NCBI GenBank assembly: GCA_965204725.1
Contig: OZ242005.1
Location: 4,896,001-4,960,000, forward strand
Reading direction: 5' to 3'
DNA length: 64,000 nucleotides
DNA from: Candidatus Latescibacterota bacterium
Lineage (GTDB): Bacteria > Latescibacterota > UBA2968 > UBA8231
The position numbers were made by a program, and so were the translations under genes. The notes below the pieces were generated by a model. It ran no database searches and was not told the DNA's origin. It saw nothing but the letters and a program-made list of their open reading frames with translations. Numbering within the stretch: the stretch's first letter is position 1; every line of letters starts with the position of its first letter. Below, one piece after another: positions 9,487 to 18,688 of the stretch.

Positions 9487-10485
9487 TCAGCGGCGGTTGC
9501 CTCCCTCGGGGCCGATCTCGCCCGCGCTCAGCCCAACGCCCGTGAGCACTTCGCTATAGCCGGGATAGGCGACCGCGTATTGGAAGCCCTCGTTGGTGCC
9601 GGCCGCGCCCACGCGGCCCTGCTTGTCGAGCGCGACGAAGTTGAGGTGCAGCTCCTCGACCGGACGGGGGTCGAGCGCGACGATGCGGCCGATGGTCTCC
9701 ACGCAGGCTTCCTCCGGGTGTAGCCCCGCGCGCATGTATTCGACGACGAGGAAGGTGGCGCAGTAGCGCATGATGTTCTCGCCCAAGCCGGTGGCCCCGG
9801 CCGCGCCCACGCTCCCATCGACGTACAGCCCGCTGCCAATGATCGGGGAGTCGCCGACGCGGCCCGGCAGCTTGTAGCCCCAGCCGCTGGTCGAGCAGCC
9901 GCCAGCGAGCCGCCCCTCGGCGTCGAGGCCCAGCAGGGCGATGGTATCGTGATTGTCGGCCTCGCCCTGCTTTTCTCGCCATTCCTCCCACGCCTCGCGC
10001 CTTTCTTCCGTGAGCAGCTCGACGCTTGCAAAACCCTGCTCCAGCGCGAACTGCCGCGCCCCTTCGCCGACGAGCATGACGTGCTTCGTCGCGTCCATCA
10101 CCCGGCGCGCCACCGAGATCGGGTGCAGGATGCCCTCAATGGCGGCGACGCTGCCGGCGCGTTGCCCCTCGCCGTCCATGATGCAGGCGTCGAGCTGCAC
10201 CACGCCTTGGGCGTTGGGTATGCCCCCCAATCCGACGGATGCGTTGGAAGCGTCGGCCTCGGCGACGTGGATGCCGCGCTCGACCGCGTCGAGGATGGAG
10301 CCGCCCTGTTCGGCGATCCGCAGCGATTGTTCGTTGGCGGCCTTGCCAAAGGGCCAAGTAGCAATAAAGAGGGGGCGAGCCGTGCTCATGGGAAGGTCCT
10401 TTTCGGCGTGCGTTGTCCCGGCCAGCGCTAGGCCGCCAGCGGCTAGCGCGGTCTCGCGCATGAAGCGGCGGCGGCTCAGCGACAT
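9487..10485 (-). CDS. Tat-exported N(4)-(beta-N-acetylglucosaminyl)-L-asparaginase (glycosylasparaginase, Ntn hydrolase)
   Basis: SRRRFM Tat motif; ATWPFG, SVGLGGIP, LDACIMD, HD|TI autoproteolysis site, STSG..K.PGRVGDSPIIGSG, ATGLGE. Confidence 0.9.
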   Translation of the reverse strand: MSLSRRRFMRETALAAGGLALAGTTHAEKDLPMSTARPLFIATWPFGKAANEQSLRIAEQGGSILDAVERGIHVAEADASNASVGLGGIPNAQGVVQLDACIMDGEGQRAGSVAAIEGILHPISVARRVMDATKHVMLVGEGARQFALEQGFASVELLTEERREAWEEWREKQGEADNHDTIALLGLDAEGRLAGGCSTSGWGYKLPGRVGDSPIIGSGLYVDGSVGAAGATGLGENIMRYCATFLVVEYMRAGLHPEEACVETIGRIVALDPRPVEELHLNFVALDKQGRVGAAGTNEGFQYAVAYPGYSEVLTGVGLSAGEIGPEGGNRR

Positions 10486-10559
10486 GGCCTAATCCTCGTC
10501 GCCGCTGTCATGGTGATCGCAGCATGGTCACAAGAGGCACAAAAAGCACAAAGGATGGC

Positions 10560-11015
10560 CTAATTCTCGTCGCCGTCATGGTGGTCGTGCTCGTCGTCGT
10601 CTTTATGGGCAACGGCGGCGATCTCGACGCGAAAGTCGAAGACGAGCTGCGCCCCGCCGGTGCAGGCCCGCGCCGGGAATTGCTCCTTAAAGTACGAGGC
10701 ATAAGCCTTGTTCATCTCGTGGTAGTCCTCGATGTCCGCGAGCCAGACGGTGACGTTGACCAAGTCGTCGAACGCATAGCCGTGCTCTTGGAGTATCCGC
10801 CCGATGTTTTCCATGATCTGGTGGGTCTCGGCCGCGACCGACTCCTTGACGTCAGCGCCGTCGGCCGTGCGGGCAATCTGGCCGCTGATGAAGAGGAAGT
10901 CGCCGGCTTGGCGGGCTGGGCTGAAGGGCAGGGCCTTGAGGGGGACGGCCTCTTGGGCAAAGGCCGGCGCGACTGCGAGCGCGAGAGCAAGCGCGGCGAG
11001 GATACAGCTTTTCAT
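10560..11015 (-). CDS. RidA/YjgF family protein with Sec signal peptide and His/Asp-rich tail
   Basis: PFSPARQAGDFLFISGQ, MNKAYASYF..FPARAC, VEIAAVA; leader MKSCILAALALALAVAPAFA. Confidence 0.9.
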   Translation of the reverse strand: MKSCILAALALALAVAPAFAQEAVPLKALPFSPARQAGDFLFISGQIARTADGADVKESVAAETHQIMENIGRILQEHGYAFDDLVNVTVWLADIEDYHEMNKAYASYFKEQFPARACTGGAQLVFDFRVEIAAVAHKDDDEHDHHDGDEN

Positions 11016-11124
11016 AAGGGGTCTCCTGATTTGGGTTGAAGGCTGTTAATAAGGGGAATAGACCTCAGAGGAACAACGCTTACTTTTCCAAATGCTGCAA
11101 TCGCCCATATTTAAGGAGGTTTCA

Positions 11125-11286
11125 ATGGTTTTGTTTATCGAGCCGCGCCGCGAGTCAGTGACCTCGTCCGCGCCTCCGAGGAGGTCTTTCTATGACGGAC
11201 AGTTCTTCCTGCTCGAGGATGTACCCGCCCGAACCAACGCGGCCCCGGAGACGGTCGCACACCGGCAAAAGAGAATAAAGACATGA
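11125..11286 (+). CDS. Small hypothetical protein (53 aa)
   Basis: Strong RBS TAAGGAGGT before ATG 11125; stop overlaps next start (ATGA); no recognisable motif. Confidence 0.4.
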   Translation: MVLFIEPRRESVTSSAPPRRSFYDGQFFLLEDVPARTNAAPETVAHRQKRIKT

Positions 11287-11696
11287 GACGACGAGAAGCC
11301 CGCCTCATTTTGGGGGTAGATGAGGACGCCACCACAGACGCGGTAAAGTCGGCGTTTCGCCGCTATGCCCTCCAGCATCACCCCGACCGCAACCCGGACA
11401 ACCCGGATGCCGAAGAGGCTTTTAAGAAGGGGGTGCATGCCTATCGCTTACTGACGGGGCAAGAGCAATCCGATCTGGATTCGTTGTTGGAGCAGTTTGA
11501 GGATATAGAGCAGGCTCTCAGCAACATGGAGCAGTCCTTTGACAGATTTGAAAAAAGCGTATCCGAAGGACTCGACAGTGTATCCGAAGGACTCGACAAC
11601 ATCGAAAAGAAGATGTCCCACATGTTTAAGTGGACCATCGCCGTGATGGTTCTCACGACCCTATCGTTGGGTCTTATCATCTGGTTCGGTTTATGA
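11283..11696 (+). CDS. J-domain (DnaJ) protein with coiled-coil stalk and C-terminal membrane anchor
   Basis: LILGV...VKSAFRRYALQHHPDRNP...AEEAFK (HPD motif); heptad region with a 21-bp tandem duplication (11559-11598); terminal hydrophobic helix. Confidence 0.85.
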   Translation: MRRREARLILGVDEDATTDAVKSAFRRYALQHHPDRNPDNPDAEEAFKKGVHAYRLLTGQEQSDLDSLLEQFEDIEQALSNMEQSFDRFEKSVSEGLDSVSEGLDNIEKKMSHMFKWTIAVMVLTTLSLGLIIWFGL

Positions 11697-11728
11697 CTTG
11701 AGAATCCGCAGATGGAGGTGATGTCGTA

Positions 11729-12175
11729 ATGGACAACAATGAACGCATCTTGAAACACTTGGAGTTCATTCAAGGCGTCGTAGATCGCTTGGGTAGAAAC
11801 TCGTTCCTGCTCAAGGGTTGGAGCATGGCCGTCCTCGTCGCCGGCGCCTTGTTGATGGTGCGACTCAGGCCGGACCAGCCTCTATTGGCATTGACGCTTC
11901 TCCTACCCGTTGTCGGATTCTGGCTGCTAGATGCGTACTTCTTGTGGCAAGAGCGGTTGTTCCGCGCCGAGTACGACCGCGTCCGCAAGCAGGACGAGAC
12001 CGACTTTGCCATGAACCCGATGCAGCATAAGGACCAGCCGAAACATAGCTGGCTCGCAACATCTTTCTCGGTGACGCTGGTCGTTTTTTACGGCATCGAA
12101 ATTCTGTTCGTATCGGTTCTCGTTGGTGCTCTAGCGATCGCGGGCAACCCAACTCCGGGGAGTTGCTGCGCGTGA
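11729..12175 (+). CDS. Hypothetical multi-TM membrane protein (family often found next to TIR-domain genes)
   Basis: HLEFIQGVVDRLGRNSFLLKGWS...FWLLDAYFLWQERLFR..YD.VR; RBS GGAGGTG; family association is from recall. Confidence 0.7.
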   Translation: MDNNERILKHLEFIQGVVDRLGRNSFLLKGWSMAVLVAGALLMVRLRPDQPLLALTLLLPVVGFWLLDAYFLWQERLFRAEYDRVRKQDETDFAMNPMQHKDQPKHSWLATSFSVTLVVFYGIEILFVSVLVGALAIAGNPTPGSCCA

Positions 12176-12256
12176 TCTTCAACGCTCGTGTTTGAGGACG
12201 TCTCGCTAAAAACCGCTCCCAAGCAGAGCTATCTGCGAATAGATGCTCAATCCAAA

Positions 12257-12295
12257 TTGACAAATTACTCAATATACTGAGTAAGATTACTCAAT
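12257..12295 (+). promoter_or_regulatory. Putative promoter/operator upstream of prpD
   Basis: TTGACA at 12257-12262, then palindrome TTACTCA-N6-TGAGTAA (12265-12284) and a third half-site TTACTCA (12287-12293). Confidence 0.55.
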
Positions 12296-12407
12296 GAAAT
12301 GAACAAAAAGCCGTTCATCCCCCGGCCGTATGCGGCGTGATCAGCACGTTGTCCGTCCGCCACAACAGACCCTATTTTGCTCCTTACCCCAATCACGGAA
12401 GCAGGTC

Positions 12408-13922
12408 ATGCAAAACCACATCGTCAAGACCCACTTAGAGGGGGCGGTCCTCCCGCGCGAAGAGCAGTTGGCTTGGAAGCTGGCCCAACTCGCCGCCCAC
12501 AATCGAGCGTTCGACTCGGAAGTCGCCGAGATGATCGGCAATCGCGTCATTGACAACGCCGCGGTCGCCCTAGCCGCGATCAACCGCCCGTCGGTGCGCA
12601 ACGCCCGCCTCCTCGCCTTGGGGTATCCCCATCCTCGCAACAGGGGTGCCCGCCTCTTTGGCGCGGCCAACGCCCGCAGCTTCCACTGCGAGTGGGCCGC
12701 CCTCGCCAACGGGGTTGCCGTGCGCGAGCTCGACATGCACGACACCTATCTCGCGGCCGATTACTCGCACCCCGGCGACACCATCCCCGGCTTGCTCGCC
12801 GCCGCCCAGCAAACGGACGCCGATGGCCGGGTGCTGACCTTGGGCATCCTCACGGCTTATGAGGTGCAGATGGCGCTGGTGACGGGCATCTGCCTACACG
12901 AGCACAAGATCGACCACGTCGCCCACCTCGCTCCGGCCGTGGCCGCCGGGCTGGGGACTATGCTCCAGATGCCCGCCGCGCAAATCTACCAAGCCATCAA
13001 TCAGAGCCTGCACCTAGCCTGCGCCACCCGCCAATCGCGCAAAGGCGACATCACCTCTTGGAAGGCCTACGCCCCGGCCCAAGCCAACAAGATCGCCATC
13101 GAAGCGGTGGGCCGGGCGCGCCTCGGCGAGCGAGCACCGTCGCCCATCTACGAGGGCCGCGACGCCGTCATCGCGTGGATGCTGTCCGGGCCGGACGCCG
13201 AATACCGCGTCCCTCTGCCCGATCCCGGCGAACGGATGCGCGCCATCCTGCGCTCCTACACCAAGGAGCACTCGGCCGAGTACCAAGCCCAAGCCCTAAT
13301 TGACCTCGGCTTCCGGCTCCACGCTCGCCATATAGATTTAGACCAAGTGGAAGAGGTGGTAATCCGCACCAGCCACCACACGCACTACGTCATTGGCACG
13401 GGGGCCAACGACCCAGAGAAAATGGACCCAGACGCCTCGCGCGAGACCCTCGACCACAGCGCCATGTACATCCTCGCGGTCGCTTGGGAGGACGGCACTT
13501 GGCACCACGTACATTCCTATACCTCGGAGCGCGCACACCGCCCTTCAACGGTCGCGCTGTGGCACAAGATCCGCACCGCAGAGGTCGCCGAGTGGACTCG
13601 AGCCTATCACCATCCCGATCCCGCGCACAAGAAGTTCGGTGCCCAAGTCGTGGTCCGCCTCGCCGACGGCACTCAGATCGCCGAACGCCTCGATAACCCC
13701 AACGCCCACTACCTCGGCGACCGGCCCTTTGCGCGGCCGGACTACATCCGCAAGCTAGCCGTATTGACCGAAGGAGTCGTAGAGCCAGCCGAGGTGGAGC
13801 GTTTTCTAGGGCTGGTGGATCGGTTGCCGGAACTGACGCCCGAGGAAGTGGACCAGCTCAACCTCGTGGCCGCTCAGGGCGTGTTGGAAGACGCCGAGAG
13901 CGAGCGCGTGGGCGTCTTGTAG
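12408..13922 (+). CDS. prpD: MmgE/PrpD family 2-methylcitrate dehydratase
   Basis: [72 protein letters not shown]. Confidence 0.9.
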   Translation: MQNHIVKTHLEGAVLPREEQLAWKLAQLAAHNRAFDSEVAEMIGNRVIDNAAVALAAINRPSVRNARLLALGYPHPRNRGARLFGAANARSFHCEWAALANGVAVRELDMHDTYLAADYSHPGDTIPGLLAAAQQTDADGRVLTLGILTAYEVQMALVTGICLHEHKIDHVAHLAPAVAAGLGTMLQMPAAQIYQAINQSLHLACATRQSRKGDITSWKAYAPAQANKIAIEAVGRARLGERAPSPIYEGRDAVIAWMLSGPDAEYRVPLPDPGERMRAILRSYTKEHSAEYQAQALIDLGFRLHARHIDLDQVEEVVIRTSHHTHYVIGTGANDPEKMDPDASRETLDHSAMYILAVAWEDGTWHHVHSYTSERAHRPSTVALWHKIRTAEVAEWTRAYHHPDPAHKKFGAQVVVRLADGTQIAERLDNPNAHYLGDRPFARPDYIRKLAVLTEGVVEPAEVERFLGLVDRLPELTPEEVDQLNLVAAQGVLEDAESERVGVL

Positions 13923-13964
13923 CCCATCGCTTCCGCGCTCAGGGATTTGCGAAAGCGAGACAGG

Positions 13965-14020
13965 TGAATGTTATTTGCTAAATAACATATATTCCCTGAA
14001 TGTTATTTCCTGAATAAGCA
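13965..14020. promoter_or_regulatory. Tandem AT-rich palindromic operator-like sites upstream of the AAA ATPase
   Basis: ATGTTATTT-gct-AAATAACAT perfect palindrome (13968-13988); TGAATGTTATTT repeated at 13965 and 13997. Confidence 0.55.
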
Positions 14021-14048
14021 TCACAGAGACCACCGCAAGAGGTTTAAC

Positions 14049-15509
14049 TTGGCCGCTTGGACCCCGCGCTTCTCCGACTTTGAGCATGTCTTTACCGAAC
14101 AGAATCCGTGGCATAGCCAAGGGGTCGTACCGCCATCGCTGGCCCCGCCAGTGGAGCGCCCGCTAGCGCAGTTGCTGTGGCAGCGGCTTCTACGCGACGA
14201 TCTGCTGCGCTACCAACTCGTGCTCGGCCCGCGTCGGGTGGGCAAGACCACCGTGCTCTATCAGACCGTCCGCCACCTGCTAGCGCGCGTCGAGCCGCAG
14301 CGGGTCTGGTGGTTGCGCATGGATCATCCGCTCCTCCTTCAGATACCGCTCGGCGAGCTCGTGCGAGCGATATTGGACGCGAGTGCCGCCACCACCGACT
14401 GCCCTACCTACCTGATGCTCGACGAACTCGTGTACGCGGCGGACTGGGATCTGTGGCTAAAGACCTTCTACGATGAACGGTGGCCGGTGCGGATTGCAGC
14501 CACTTCGAGTGCTACCGCTGCCCTGAAAGAGCGCCGGGTCGAAAGCGGCGTCGGGCGCTGGGAGGAACAGTACCTGATGCCCTACTTGTTCGACGAATTC
14601 CTACACCTGATAGGGTCGCAACCCGAGATCGCGGTTGAGCGCACCCTCGGCCAAACGTTGCGCGCCTTGCCCTCCGGTCGGCCGGCGGATGCAGCCCTCG
14701 GCCGGTGGCGTCGCGTCTTCCTGTTCGTCGGCGGCTTTCCCGAACTGATCGCCCGCCAGCACCCCGACGAACAGCCGGACGAATCGAATCTGCTGCTGGC
14801 CTCGCAACGGGTTCTCCGCAGCGACGCCGTAGAGCGGACCATTTACAAGGACATCCCCCAGTCGTTTGGGGTACACAATCCGATAATGCTGGAGCGCATT
14901 TTGTACGTGCTGGCCGGACAGATTGCCGGTCTCCTGTCGCCGTCGAACATCAGCAATGATCTCGACCTGTCCCAGCCGACTTTTGACCGCTATCTCTCGT
15001 ATCTAGAGCGGGCCTTTCTCGTCTTTACCCTGCCGAATTACGCTGGGCGCGAGGTGGGGATTCAACGTCGGGGCCGCAAGCTGTACTTCGTCGATGGGGC
15101 GGTTCGCAACGCCGCCCTGCAACGCGGCCTCGCCCCGCTCGACGATCCCGGGGAGATGGGCACCCTCATCGAAAACGTCGTCGCGACCTCGCTCCACACC
15201 TTGAGCATGCACGCCGGCCTCCGGCTCCACCACTGGCGCGATAGCACCCGCGAGGTGGACCTAATTTGGGGGGATCCACACCAGCCGCTGGCCTTTGAGA
15301 TCGGCACTTCGGCCCACCACGCTCGGACGGGCCTTCGCGCCTTGATGGAACGGCACGAGCCCTTCCGCGGACACAGCTATCTCGTCGCACCACAAGCTGC
15401 GGTCCGCCATCCCGATGCCAGCGGAATGGGTACTCTCCCGCTCGACACCTTCCTGCTCGCCGTTGGCGCGCAAGCGCACCAAGCCCTCGCCGATCGACTG
15501 CGGGGCTGA
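14049..15509 (+). CDS. AAA+ ATPase (AAA_14) with DUF4143 C-terminal domain
   Basis: EQNPWH, Walker A GPRRVGKT, Walker B LMLDE, GGFPE, RKLYFVD, G.LIEN.V, EVDL...FE. Confidence 0.88.
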   Translation: MAAWTPRFSDFEHVFTEQNPWHSQGVVPPSLAPPVERPLAQLLWQRLLRDDLLRYQLVLGPRRVGKTTVLYQTVRHLLARVEPQRVWWLRMDHPLLLQIPLGELVRAILDASAATTDCPTYLMLDELVYAADWDLWLKTFYDERWPVRIAATSSATAALKERRVESGVGRWEEQYLMPYLFDEFLHLIGSQPEIAVERTLGQTLRALPSGRPADAALGRWRRVFLFVGGFPELIARQHPDEQPDESNLLLASQRVLRSDAVERTIYKDIPQSFGVHNPIMLERILYVLAGQIAGLLSPSNISNDLDLSQPTFDRYLSYLERAFLVFTLPNYAGREVGIQRRGRKLYFVDGAVRNAALQRGLAPLDDPGEMGTLIENVVATSLHTLSMHAGLRLHHWRDSTREVDLIWGDPHQPLAFEIGTSAHHARTGLRALMERHEPFRGHSYLVAPQAAVRHPDASGMGTLPLDTFLLAVGAQAHQALADRLRG

Positions 15510-15532
15510 GCAGCTAGAGTCGCAGCCCAAGA

Positions 15533-16753
15533 CTAGGCCTCCAACACCGGCCCTTCCGCTTCCACCCGCTCGTACAGGCGTGCGAATTCCTCGGACCCAT
15601 CGTCGTTCCACACCGCAAAGGACAAGCCCCGGATGGTTCCCTCGGCAAAGCCGGTCAACGCATCGAGCGGCGGGATGCCGGCCGTGTAGAGCACGTGCCC
15701 GTCTGGCAGACGCAGCTTGCCCAAGTGCCGGGGAATTTCCGCTGGGCCGCGCTGCGCCAAGCGTGCGATGACCGCTTCGTCCACCTCCACTCCGAGGCCC
15801 GGCCCCTCGGGCACGGGCGAACAGCCTGCGACGATCTCAATGCGCTGCCGGGCCGCGTCCTCCTCGTACTGGTCGTCGAGGTTGATCGAGTGAGCGGCCG
15901 TAGGCAGGACGGCCGCCAAGTGCAGGGCCAACGCCTTGGCCAAGGTCCCTCCGGTTAGCTGCACTACCACTTGCACATTGGCTTTGCCATAAGCCAAGCC
16001 GCGCACCAGCGCGTCGCCAAACCCACCGCAGTACTCGGCCACGATATACGCATCGGCCATCCCCTGCACGACCTCCTGCAACCCGCCCAGCGGCGGCACG
16101 TGCATGACCAGCGGTACGCCGCATTGAGCGCGGAGCCGCCGCCAGCCTTCGACATCGCTCAGCACCAAGGGATCCTCGATATAGCCCACTACGGGCGATT
16201 TTTCGAGCTGTTTGACGAGGGGGAGCACGGTGGCCAAGGTGCGGTTGGCATTGAAGTCGTACTGCATCTTGAAGCCTGCTGGTGCCACGTCCTCTACCGC
16301 TCGGTTCTGCTCGAACACATCGTAGTGCTGGCAAGTGTGCATCTTGAACAGCCGGTAGCCTTGGTCGGCGGCGCGGCGGACTTCGCGGCTCAGCTCCTCG
16401 GGATCGGCGGGCCGAGTCCAGGCTGCCACCGGCACGCGGTCGCGCACTTTGGGGCCCATCAGCTTGTAGGCCGGCACTTCGAGGTGTTGGCCCATCACGT
16501 CGTACAAGGCCCCGGCTAGGCCGAGGTGGACATCGCTACCCAAAAAGTCGAAGGGACTGCGGCCGATGAGGCCCTCCACGCTCTGGGCGGGCGGTGGCGT
16601 ACAGCGGTACTCGCCCCAGCCGACCAAGCCGTTGTCGGTTTGGACCTTGAAGAAGGTGCGCTGGTCTATCGAGCGGAAGCGCACGGCGTGCTCGGCGTTG
16701 CGGGCGGCGAGCGGCACATGCGCCGGAATGATGTCTATATCGGTGATTTTCAT
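15533..16753 (-). CDS. Mandelate racemase/muconate lactonizing enzyme family protein
   Basis: MKITDI, VQTDNGLVGWGE, ALYDVMGQHLEVPAYKLMG, KMH, YDFN, IEDP, PEGPGLGVEVDE. Confidence 0.88.
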   Translation of the reverse strand: MKITDIDIIPAHVPLAARNAEHAVRFRSIDQRTFFKVQTDNGLVGWGEYRCTPPPAQSVEGLIGRSPFDFLGSDVHLGLAGALYDVMGQHLEVPAYKLMGPKVRDRVPVAAWTRPADPEELSREVRRAADQGYRLFKMHTCQHYDVFEQNRAVEDVAPAGFKMQYDFNANRTLATVLPLVKQLEKSPVVGYIEDPLVLSDVEGWRRLRAQCGVPLVMHVPPLGGLQEVVQGMADAYIVAEYCGGFGDALVRGLAYGKANVQVVVQLTGGTLAKALALHLAAVLPTAAHSINLDDQYEEDAARQRIEIVAGCSPVPEGPGLGVEVDEAVIARLAQRGPAEIPRHLGKLRLPDGHVLYTAGIPPLDALTGFAEGTIRGLSFAVWNDDGSEEFARLYERVEAEGPVLEA

Positions 16754-16892
16754 GGTTGGCCTCCTCGGCGCGTAAGCGAGATTGTGTCGATGGCAAAATT
16801 GGCGATTTTAAGGTGCCAGCCGCGCTAGTCCACCTTGGGTTGCAGATGCTGCTGGGGATTCCCGCCGTATTCGTCGGGTATTGGGCGGCGCG

Positions 16893-17681
16893 CTAGCCGT
16901 CTAGCCCGCGCAAGTACGCCAAGCTCAGGGGCGCGGCTTGGCGCAACCGGGCTTGGCGATAGACCTTGACCGAGGCAAAACCCGCATAGCCGATGGCGTC
17001 TAAGGCGGCGAGCACGGCCTTGAAGTCGATGTGGCCGCTGCCCAGCACGCCGCCATTGCTCTCGCACAAGTGGACGTGCCGCAGCGCGTCGCGGCAGGCG
17101 AAAATGGGTTGGGTCAACGACTTTTCTTCAATGTTCAGATGGATCGTATCGACCATCGGCCCCACAGCCGATACGCCAACGCGCTCAATCAGGGCGCACA
17201 CCTCGCCCACAGAATTGTTAAACCCCACTTGCAGGTGATTGATCGGCTCGACGACCACGCGCACGCCGGCGTCTTGCGCGGCCAAGCCCACTTCGCGCAG
17301 GCCGGCCGCAATGCGCTCGTTGGCCACTGCGGCGTCGGCCTCGTCTGAGCGCAGGCCCTGCAAAAGCCCGACCACGAGGAGGGCGTTAAATCGCTGGGCA
17401 ATGGGCAGGTACTCCCGCAGCCTAGCGACGGCACCGGCGCGTCGGCGCGGGTCGGCCGCACTCAAGCACAGCCCCTCGGCATAGGCCGCGCCGGTCAACA
17501 GCGACGGCACCACCAAGCCACACGCCTCGACCGAGCGTTCAATCGCGTCTAGTTGGCCGAGGACCGCCGGCGTCAGGTTCAGCTCGACGCCGGCGTACCC
17601 GCAGTCGCGGATGAAGCTCAGTCCGGCGGCGAAATCGCCCCCGAGATCCGCAAAGTCAATTACCATATAACTGTAGTGCAT
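16893..17681 (-). CDS. Sugar phosphate isomerase/epimerase (xylose isomerase-like TIM barrel)
   Basis: GYAGVEL, VVEPINH, DTIHLNIEE, HVHLCESN...GSGHIDF; RBS GGAGG before ATG 17681. Confidence 0.85.
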   Translation of the reverse strand: MHYSYMVIDFADLGGDFAAGLSFIRDCGYAGVELNLTPAVLGQLDAIERSVEACGLVVPSLLTGAAYAEGLCLSAADPRRRAGAVARLREYLPIAQRFNALLVVGLLQGLRSDEADAAVANERIAAGLREVGLAAQDAGVRVVVEPINHLQVGFNNSVGEVCALIERVGVSAVGPMVDTIHLNIEEKSLTQPIFACRDALRHVHLCESNGGVLGSGHIDFKAVLAALDAIGYAGFASVKVYRQARLRQAAPLSLAYLRGLDG

Positions 17682-17772
17682 CGTTGCCTCCATGAGAGTG
17701 GGAGATAGTGGCGGCCAGCCGTTGCTGTGTCTAAGTTACTCCATGCGATTAGGCCCCAACAGCGGAGCGCGC

Positions 17773-18675
17773 ATGCGATACCGACGATTCGGCAAAACGA
17801 ACTGGCAAGTCAGCGAAATCGCCCTCGGTGGGTCTTGGTTTTACGGACGCCCGGAATACGGCCTCCGGCCGGTGGCGCACGGAGTCGCCATAGTCGAGCG
17901 CGCCCTCCAACTCGGCATCAACTACTTTGACACGGCCCCGCTCTACGGCCAAGGCCGTAGCGAAGAGGTCCTCGGCCACGCCCTCAAAGGCGTTGACGCG
18001 CCCCATTATCTGGCGACCAAGGTCGGCTATTATCCCGCGCCTTTCGACTACACGCGCGACGCTGTGTGGCGGGGGTTTGAGGCCAGCCTTTCGCGCTTGC
18101 AGCGCGACTCGGTCGATCTGTTGCAACTCCACGAGGCCGAGCAGGCTGGCTGGGAGGGGATATTCGGCCCGGGGCGCGCCCTAGAGGCGATGCTCGAAAT
18201 TCGGGCGCAAGGCTTAGCCACCCACATCGGCCTAACCGGCTCGGACCTAGTGCTCATGCGCGAGGTCCTCGCCGAGTCCGACGCCTTTGTCTCGGTGATC
18301 ACCTTTCTCAAATACGACCTGCTGGTGCAGACGGCCAAGGAAATCCTTTTGCCGACCGCGGCCTCCCGCGACGTCGCCATCATCCTCGCCTCGCCGCTAC
18401 ACGCCGGCCTGCTTGGCTCCAAGCGCGACGCCTACAAGGAAATTGGGCGCTTTGCCGAGCTGTATCCCAAGCTCGAAAAAGTCAAAGCCCTACTCGCCAA
18501 CCAGCCTGGCGACATGCCCGACCACGGGCTGCGCTACTTGCTGTCGGACCCCCAAGTCGCCGTGCTGCTCACCGGCGCGGCCACCATAGACGAGCTCGAA
18601 GCCTCTGCGGCCGTTTCCGATGGCCGCTACTTGTCGGCCGAACTCGTCGGCCGCATTGAAGCACTCACCTTTTGA
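17773..18675 (+). CDS. Aldo/keto reductase
   Basis: MRYRRFGKTNWQVSEIALG, GINYFDTAPLYG, SEEVLG, ATKVG, SLSRLQRDSVDLLQLH. Confidence 0.9.
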   Translation: MRYRRFGKTNWQVSEIALGGSWFYGRPEYGLRPVAHGVAIVERALQLGINYFDTAPLYGQGRSEEVLGHALKGVDAPHYLATKVGYYPAPFDYTRDAVWRGFEASLSRLQRDSVDLLQLHEAEQAGWEGIFGPGRALEAMLEIRAQGLATHIGLTGSDLVLMREVLAESDAFVSVITFLKYDLLVQTAKEILLPTAASRDVAIILASPLHAGLLGSKRDAYKEIGRFAELYPKLEKVKALLANQPGDMPDHGLRYLLSDPQVAVLLTGAATIDELEASAAVSDGRYLSAELVGRIEALTF

Positions 18676-18688
18676 GGAGGAATTGCTG

